DNA from: an uncultured virus (IMG/VR IMGVR_UViG_3300020148_000031)
Lineage: Duplodnaviria > Heunggongvirae > Uroviricota > Caudoviricetes
Length of the DNA stretch: 64,000 bases
Virus record (IMG/VR): IMGVR_UViG_3300020148_000031
Strand: one strand, 5' to 3'
In this document: positions 59,097-64,000 of the stretch, piece after piece
Position numbering within the stretch: position 1 is the first letter of the stretch
How the letters are laid out: each line of letters starts with the position of its first letter
Notes under the pieces: generated by a model
Databases searched by the model: none
What the model saw: only the letters and a program-made list of their open reading frames with translations
Told to the model about the DNA's origin: nothing
Made by a program: the position numbers and the translations under genes

Positions 59097-59717
59097 TTAG
59101 TAAAGAGCTCTCGTTTTGTTTTCTTTGCCTAATAAATCATCATCTTTAAAAGAGAAATTAGGTATCCAAAGTACAGCCTCACCTTTTTCAAGGGATTCTT
59201 TTACATTAAGAACGCGCTGGTTAGAGCTGCCCGTAAACGAGCCTTGAAAAGTCTTCAAAGTCTTCATAAAAGGTCCATCAACAAGAACATCAATAAGAGA
59301 TAATAATTCTTTCTTATCATCAGAATCTTTTAATAATTGTTCAAAAGTATATCCAGACCACGACCAAATGTCTTTTTCAGGGAGTTCGTTTCTTATTCTT
59401 CTCACAAGGGGTATGAGAGTGGGTGTATTAAGGAACGGTTCTCCGCCTAATAAAGTAAGACCTTGAACATGAGGAAGAGCTAGATCTGACATGATTTTTT
59501 CTTCTAATTCTTCAGTATAAGGTATTCCATTTCTGAAAGACCATGTTGCTTTATTAAAGCAGTCTTGACAAGCAAAAAGACAGCCTGACACATAGAGCGA
59601 ACAGCGAACTCCTTCACCGTCAACTACAGTAAATGCTTTATAATCGGAAATGTAACCTTTTGAAAGCTTTAAACCATCCCAATTTTTAGGAGTTCTAAAT
59701 AAAGAGTCTTCAGACAT
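59097..59717 (-). CDS. nrdG: Anaerobic ribonucleotide reductase activating protein
   Basis: VDGEGVRCSLYVSGCLFACQDCFN (CxxxCxxC), LLGGEP, DVLVDGPF and GSSNQR motifs. Confidence 0.95.
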   Translation of the reverse strand: MSEDSLFRTPKNWDGLKLSKGYISDYKAFTVVDGEGVRCSLYVSGCLFACQDCFNKATWSFRNGIPYTEELEEKIMSDLALPHVQGLTLLGGEPFLNTPTLIPLVRRIRNELPEKDIWSWSGYTFEQLLKDSDDKKELLSLIDVLVDGPFMKTLKTFQGSFTGSSNQRVLNVKESLEKGEAVLWIPNFSFKDDDLLGKENKTRALY

Positions 59718-59889
59718 TTTTTCCCTTCAATACAGTACTATTGTATCAAAATTTAATTTGATAAAGAATTAAATAGTTTTTCGTCAAGTTCCCTATCCTC
59801 TTTTTTCTTGTAGGGGAACTTTTTAATCTTTTCTTTAAGAACCACAAATAAGATTTCTTTATCATTTCTGCTGAAAGATAATATGGAAT

Positions 59890-59979
59890 CTATCTGTTTT
59901 TACTAACATGTGAATATGCTTGTTGCGCGCGCCAAATTCCCTCATTTCCAGTTTTAGTGTTAACGTGATAAGAGTTCAT
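59890..59979 (-). pseudogene. Degraded HCCH-leader remnant
   Basis: MNSYHVNTKTGNEGIWRAQQAYSHVSKNR*: both Cys replaced (W, Y), stop after 29 aa. Confidence 0.55.
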
Positions 59980-60027
59980 AATTGCCCATCTTATAAAATA
60001 AATATATATTTTTTCTAATGAAAAATA

Positions 60028-60249
60028 TTATTTTAAAAGAACAATAGTAGCTTCTGTAGCCTCAATAGCCTTCCATTGTTTTCCGAAAAGATAAACAGTA
60101 TCACCTAAAGAAAAATTTGACTGCATATCAAGTTTATCTTGTCTTTCTAAAAGTAAAAACTTGTTTTCCGGTCTTTTAAAGACTGTTGCTCTTTTCTCGT
60201 TTTCTGTCACTGTTTCGTTGAAATTTAATACTAAAGTATTCACAATCAT
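60028..60249 (-). CDS. Hypothetical protein
   Basis: 73-aa ORF with an AAGG RBS. Confidence 0.4.
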   Translation of the reverse strand: MIVNTLVLNFNETVTENEKRATVFKRPENKFLLLERQDKLDMQSNFSLGDTVYLFGKQWKAIEATEATIVLLK

Positions 60250-60310
60250 CCTTCTTTTATTTTTTGCATGTACTTATCTAAATAGGCTTTTATGTAATGC
60301 TATTACATTT

Positions 60311-60686
60311 CTATTTATTCTTTAAAAGTAAATCTTCTAATTTTTCTTTTGCTACTCTTGAAGAAAACGGAGCTTCAGAAAAAGATAAATATTCTAAGTC
60401 TTCTTTAGAGCAAAGAGGATTATTTACAAAACCGTCAGAATAATCACGATTGTAAGGGTTTTTAATAGAGCGTCTGATAATTGATGATGATTCCTCATCT
60501 AAAATCTCATTGCTGGCAATACAACTTTTTACTACTAAAGATTTATGATAAAGTAAAGAAGACATTATTTCCGTTTCTTTAGTAAATTCATCAATTTTAG
60601 AAAGATAAGATTCTTCTCCCGAAAGGGCGCGCTTTATATTTTGCTGAACATTTAGAGATATTACCCTCTTTATTCATTTGAAACAA
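60311..60686 (-). pseudogene. Degraded HCCH-leader gene with LRV-like C-terminal fragment
   Basis: 60565-60686 translates (L)FQMNKEGNISKCSAKYKARPFG, then shifts frame; 60311-60565 encodes IASNE and FVNNPLCSKEDLEYL repeats. Confidence 0.55.
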
Positions 60687-61164
60687 ACCACCTTTGGTTA
60701 TTTAATCTAGCAAAAAGAATCATTGAGAAACCCTCATTGTCTTGGTCTTTTACTTCTATCAGTCTTAACCCCTTATCAATTTGTTTGATGAGAGAAGAAG
60801 AATACACTGTTTCTGAAACAGTGTCAATAGAAATGAAATCTTCCGAAAACTCATCGCTCGTAGGGATCCTTATTGAGTCTATTTTCTCGTAGAAATCATC
60901 AAAATCATTCTTTCTTACAAGAGAATATTTTGAACCATTTAAAAGTACAGAATAATTCTTACTCGATAATACTGGTTGCGTAGTAATAAAATCTTGAGAT
61001 GTTTTTACCTTTATAGATGGGTAAAGTCTCGATTTTTGTGATTTTTCATAGAACGCTCGCGCTTCTTCTTTTGAAGAGAAATGGTTTTCTATAGAGTCAA
61101 AAGGACATTGTATTTTTGCATGACATTTATTAATCTCACCGGTCTCAAAATTTATATGAAACAT
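60670..61164 (-). CDS. HCCH-leader protein; cargo paralogous to 58515-59069
   Basis: MFHINFETGEINKCHAKIQCPFDSIENHFSSKEEARAFYE leader. Confidence 0.8.
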   Translation of the reverse strand: MFHINFETGEINKCHAKIQCPFDSIENHFSSKEEARAFYEKSQKSRLYPSIKVKTSQDFITTQPVLSSKNYSVLLNGSKYSLVRKNDFDDFYEKIDSIRIPTSDEFSEDFISIDTVSETVYSSSLIKQIDKGLRLIEVKDQDNEGFSMILFARLNNQRWFVSNE

Positions 61165-61197
61165 TCATTTCTCCTTTGTCTATATAAATTCGAAGAA

Positions 61198-63642
61198 TTA
61201 TTCAAAATTTACTTGAACAGGTATGCTAGAATTAGTCGTAGAATTATTACCGAGTTGACCATGAGAGTTAACACCCCAAGCATAGATTTTACCTTCGGAA
61301 TCAAGAGCGAGGGAGTGATTATTTAACGCTGCTATTGCGGTTATTGTCTTGACAGCGAGTACCCCGCTAGTGCTAACTTGAACAGGTATGCTAGAACTAG
61401 TCGTAGAATTATTACCGAATTGACCACCAGCGTTATTACCCCAAGCATAGATTTTACCACCAGAATCAAGAGCGAAGGAATGATTAATTCCCGCTGCTAT
61501 TGCGGTTATTGTCTTGCCAGCGAGTACGCCGCTAGTGTTAACTTGAATAGGTATTCTAGCCTCAGTTGTAGAATTATTACCGAGTCGACCGGAATTGTTA
61601 GAACCCCAAGCATAGACTTTACCGTCAGAATCAAGAGCGAGGGAATGACTACTTCCTGCGGAGATTGCGATTATTGTCTTTCCAGCGAGTACGCCGCTAG
61701 TGTAAACTTGAACAGGTATGCTAGAATCAGTTGTAGAATTATTACCGAGTTTACCAGAAGTGTTATTACCCCAAGCGTAGACTTTACCGTTAGAATCAAG
61801 AGCGAGGGAATGAGTAAATCCCGCTGCTATTGTGGTTATTGTTTTACCAGCGAGTACGCCGCTAGTGTTAACTTGAACAGGTACGCTAGAATCAGTCGTA
61901 GAATTATTACCGAGTTGACCATTACCGTTAAGACCCCAAGTATATACTTTACCGTCAGAATCAATGGCAAGAGAATGAACACCGCCCGCTGCTATTGCAG
62001 TTATTGTTTTGCCAGCGAGTACCCCGCTAGTGTCAACTTGAACAGGTATGTTAGAATTAGTTGTAGAATTATTACCGAGTTGACCAGAAGCGTTACTACC
62101 CCAAGCATAGATTTTACCTTCGGAATCAAGAGCGAGAGAATGAGTATTTCCCGCTGCTATTGCGGTTATTGTCTTGCCAGCGAGTACCCCGCTAGTGTCA
62201 ACTTGAACAGGTATGCTAGAACTAGTCGTAGAATTATTACCGAGTTGACCAGTACCGTTAAAACCCCAAGCATAGACTTTACCTTCGGAATCAATGGCAA
62301 GAGAATGATTACTTCCCGCTGCTACCGAAACAATATTTGTAATATCTGGAAGGTCATTCACGGTCTTTTCAATTACTGGTGAGTAACCGGAAGAATTGTA
62401 GGCCGATACGCTTGCTTTAACTGTTGTTGCTGTTACTCCAGTCGGTCTGGAAATGTTTGTTGACATTACTGATGAACTAACAGTGGTTTCTTCTGTAAAG
62501 ACAATATTATTGCTAGAGTCGTACCCAGTGAGGGTTATTTTGTAGCCTTGGTGGTTAGAGTTGGATGTGTCAGTCCATGATATGTCGTAAGAGTGATTAT
62601 TGTTAAGTATGTTTGGTGTTAGTTCTACATTGTCAACGGAATCAGGTATAAGGATGATCGGTTGAACGGGACTTTCTTTCTTATCGCTACTTCCAAATCG
62701 ATTAAGTGCTTCTACTCGAGCTATCGCGTATTTAACATTAGAACCATTAGTGCTAGTTATAGTAGTTGAAAGGGTATCGCCAACAGTTTTACTAATAGAG
62801 CCAATATAATTTGGGTCAGTGTTATTCATCTGAATCACAATAGTTCCAAGGCTCGTACCTCCACTTGAAGGGTCGGCAGAGTATTCGTCAACTGTTACTT
62901 GGTACCCAGTAATAGATGGGTCGTTAGGGTCTTCCCAGCTAATATCATAAACTAGGTTATCTTCACTATAAGAATAGGAAAGAGTTGCCTCAGGGGTAAC
63001 CTGTGGAAGTAGAGCTCTCACTTGGTTAAGAGAGAAGTTAACAGAATTAAGAGGTATGTTTGTTTGCATGTTTTCGGTTGCAGTATCTTTGAACCACAAT
63101 CGCAACTCAACAGTTACATCAGTAACACTAGCAGGAGTAATCTCTAAATTATTAGCAGTTAAACCATCAGGAATAGGGTCATCAGTATAATTTGAGCTTG
63201 AAAATAGAATTGAAGAATCATTATCAATATTAGTCCAATCGCCATTATTAATACGATAGTCCACTTCTATTTCATTTGGAACGACTTCGTTCTGAATTTG
63301 AACAATCATGTCGGCTAAAGCGTGTTCACCTTCAAGAGCCACTTGAACATCGTAAGTACCGATAACAGTATCTCCCGGAACTATTCTAAAATCACTAATG
63401 TCAGAAATTTTTCCCGCTGTAGTGACTTTATCTTCAGAATCAAGAGAGCCTTTACTTCCGTCTTTTAGAGATACATCTTCCCAACCGTTGTTAATGACAT
63501 TAAGGTCAAGGTTACCAGAGAATACTTCTCCGCTATCGGCTGTTGAAGAAACATTCCATAATGCAAAAGTTCCGGCGGCTGCGGCAGCAATGAGAAGTCC
63601 GGAAACAATTGCTCCTGCGCTTTTTAAAGTATTCTTTTGCAT
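61198..63642 (-). CDS. Exported protein: SipW-type/alternate signal peptide, Fn3-like region, 7 RCC1 repeats
   Basis: N-terminal ..AAAAAGTFALWN...SGNLDL; seven HSLAxDSxGKxYAWGxNxxGQLG repeats. Confidence 0.85.
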   Translation of the reverse strand: MQKNTLKSAGAIVSGLLIAAAAAGTFALWNVSSTADSGEVFSGNLDLNVINNGWEDVSLKDGSKGSLDSEDKVTTAGKISDISDFRIVPGDTVIGTYDVQVALEGEHALADMIVQIQNEVVPNEIEVDYRINNGDWTNIDNDSSILFSSSNYTDDPIPDGLTANNLEITPASVTDVTVELRLWFKDTATENMQTNIPLNSVNFSLNQVRALLPQVTPEATLSYSYSEDNLVYDISWEDPNDPSITGYQVTVDEYSADPSSGGTSLGTIVIQMNNTDPNYIGSISKTVGDTLSTTITSTNGSNVKYAIARVEALNRFGSSDKKESPVQPIILIPDSVDNVELTPNILNNNHSYDISWTDTSNSNHQGYKITLTGYDSSNNIVFTEETTVSSSVMSTNISRPTGVTATTVKASVSAYNSSGYSPVIEKTVNDLPDITNIVSVAAGSNHSLAIDSEGKVYAWGFNGTGQLGNNSTTSSSIPVQVDTSGVLAGKTITAIAAGNTHSLALDSEGKIYAWGSNASGQLGNNSTTNSNIPVQVDTSGVLAGKTITAIAAGGVHSLAIDSDGKVYTWGLNGNGQLGNNSTTDSSVPVQVNTSGVLAGKTITTIAAGFTHSLALDSNGKVYAWGNNTSGKLGNNSTTDSSIPVQVYTSGVLAGKTIIAISAGSSHSLALDSDGKVYAWGSNNSGRLGNNSTTEARIPIQVNTSGVLAGKTITAIAAGINHSFALDSGGKIYAWGNNAGGQFGNNSTTSSSIPVQVSTSGVLAVKTITAIAALNNHSLALDSEGKIYAWGVNSHGQLGNNSTTNSSIPVQVNFE
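61201..62340 (-). repeat. Seven ~165-bp coding tandem repeats (RCC1 blades)
   Basis: Recurrent gtagaattattaccga and ccagcgagtac(c/g)ccgctagtg at 165-bp period. Confidence 0.9.
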
Positions 63643-63765
63643 TTTAAAACCTCATGATTAAAACCTAATGATAGATGAATATTCTTAATATAATATCAGA
63701 AATTTACGTGAGTTTTGTAAAAAAATACTTAGAAAGGAAGAGATATATCGATGATATATAATATT

Positions 63766-64000
63766 ATGAATAAACTCTATTCTTTACACTGCAAAAGATG
63801 TAAAAAAGAATTCCTATCTAAATACAAGAATAAGAAGTATTGTCATGATTATTATGAGACAAGTTGTTCAGAATGTTCTTCTCTTTTTAAGGCCAGATGT
63901 ATTCAAGAAAGAAAATTTTGTTCCGATAGATGTAACAACATTTCAAAAAAGAGAAAATCGTCTTATTCCCCAAAAAGAGGCTCTATAAAAGAATGTAAAT
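63766..64000 (+). CDS. Cys-rich zinc-finger repeat protein (partial; HNH-associated type)
   Basis: Hand translation MNKLYSLHCKRCKKEF...KYC...CSECSSLF...RKFCSDRC; open to window end. Confidence 0.55.
   Translation, partial: MNKLYSLHCKRCKKEFLSKYKNKKYCHDYYETSCSECSSLFKARCIQERKFCSDRCNNISKKRKSSYSPKRGSIKECK

Noticed and set aside
7386..61164. Leader copies as an IS/MITE or DNA repeat family
   Set aside because: Conservation is at the protein level with divergent codons (except one pair); no terminal inverted repeats, target duplications or transposase seen.
61201..62340. Regularly spaced repeats as a CRISPR array or DGR template
   Set aside because: The 165-bp period is in frame and encodes RCC1 blades; there are no unique spacers, cas genes or reverse transcriptase in the window.
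61378..62382. 334-aa Cys-rich ORF on the + strand
   Set aside because: Antisense shadow of the RCC1 repeats.
1121..63661. Many short ORFs overlapping longer genes (e.g. 1121-1408, 2292-2669, 12719-13483, 31577-32047, 45511-46082, 51053-51475, 63398-63661)
   Set aside because: Antisense or alternate-frame shadows of well-supported genes, with no recognisable motifs.
1..64000. tRNA, rRNA and virion structural genes
   Set aside because: None recognised by eye; tRNAscan-SE and structural-protein HMMs would be needed to exclude them formally.

Overview
AT-rich, gene-dense segment of a large extrachromosomal element (megaplasmid or jumbo phage-like). Its homologues point to an actinobacterial host: DivIVA/Wag31-like, MSMEG_6728-like, Rv2175c-like, and a SipW-type peptidase with a candidate substrate. 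It carries a VirD4/TraD-like coupling ATPase and replication/nucleotide genes (dnaG, prim-pol-wHTH, nrdH, nrdG, thyX, dNMP kinase, recN). It also carries rIIA/rIIB, a candidate complete nicotinamide-to-NAD+ salvage set (pncA, pncB, NadD-like, nadE, NrtR-Nudix), RNA-repair genes (PNKP, RNA ligase, 2H phosphoesterase, Thg1), ftsH and a stand-alone IF3-C. No virion structural genes, tRNA, rRNA or CRISPR were recognised. The most striking feature is a dispersed family of 18 genes plus 4 degraded copies that all begin with the same ~40-aa H-C-C-H module, [FY]H[IV]xxxGxxxxCxAxxxxCP[FY]GxxxxH[FY]xxxxxA. This module is fused to unrelated cargo domains: exonuclease, RNA ligase, 2H phosphoesterase, nucleotidyltransferase, HD hydrolase, papain-like domain, an ART remnant and helical repeats. 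There is DNA-level evidence of module shuffling and a shared upstream motif, so this is a candidate undescribed targeting or delivery tag system. All annotations come from motif recognition by eye; no database searches were run.
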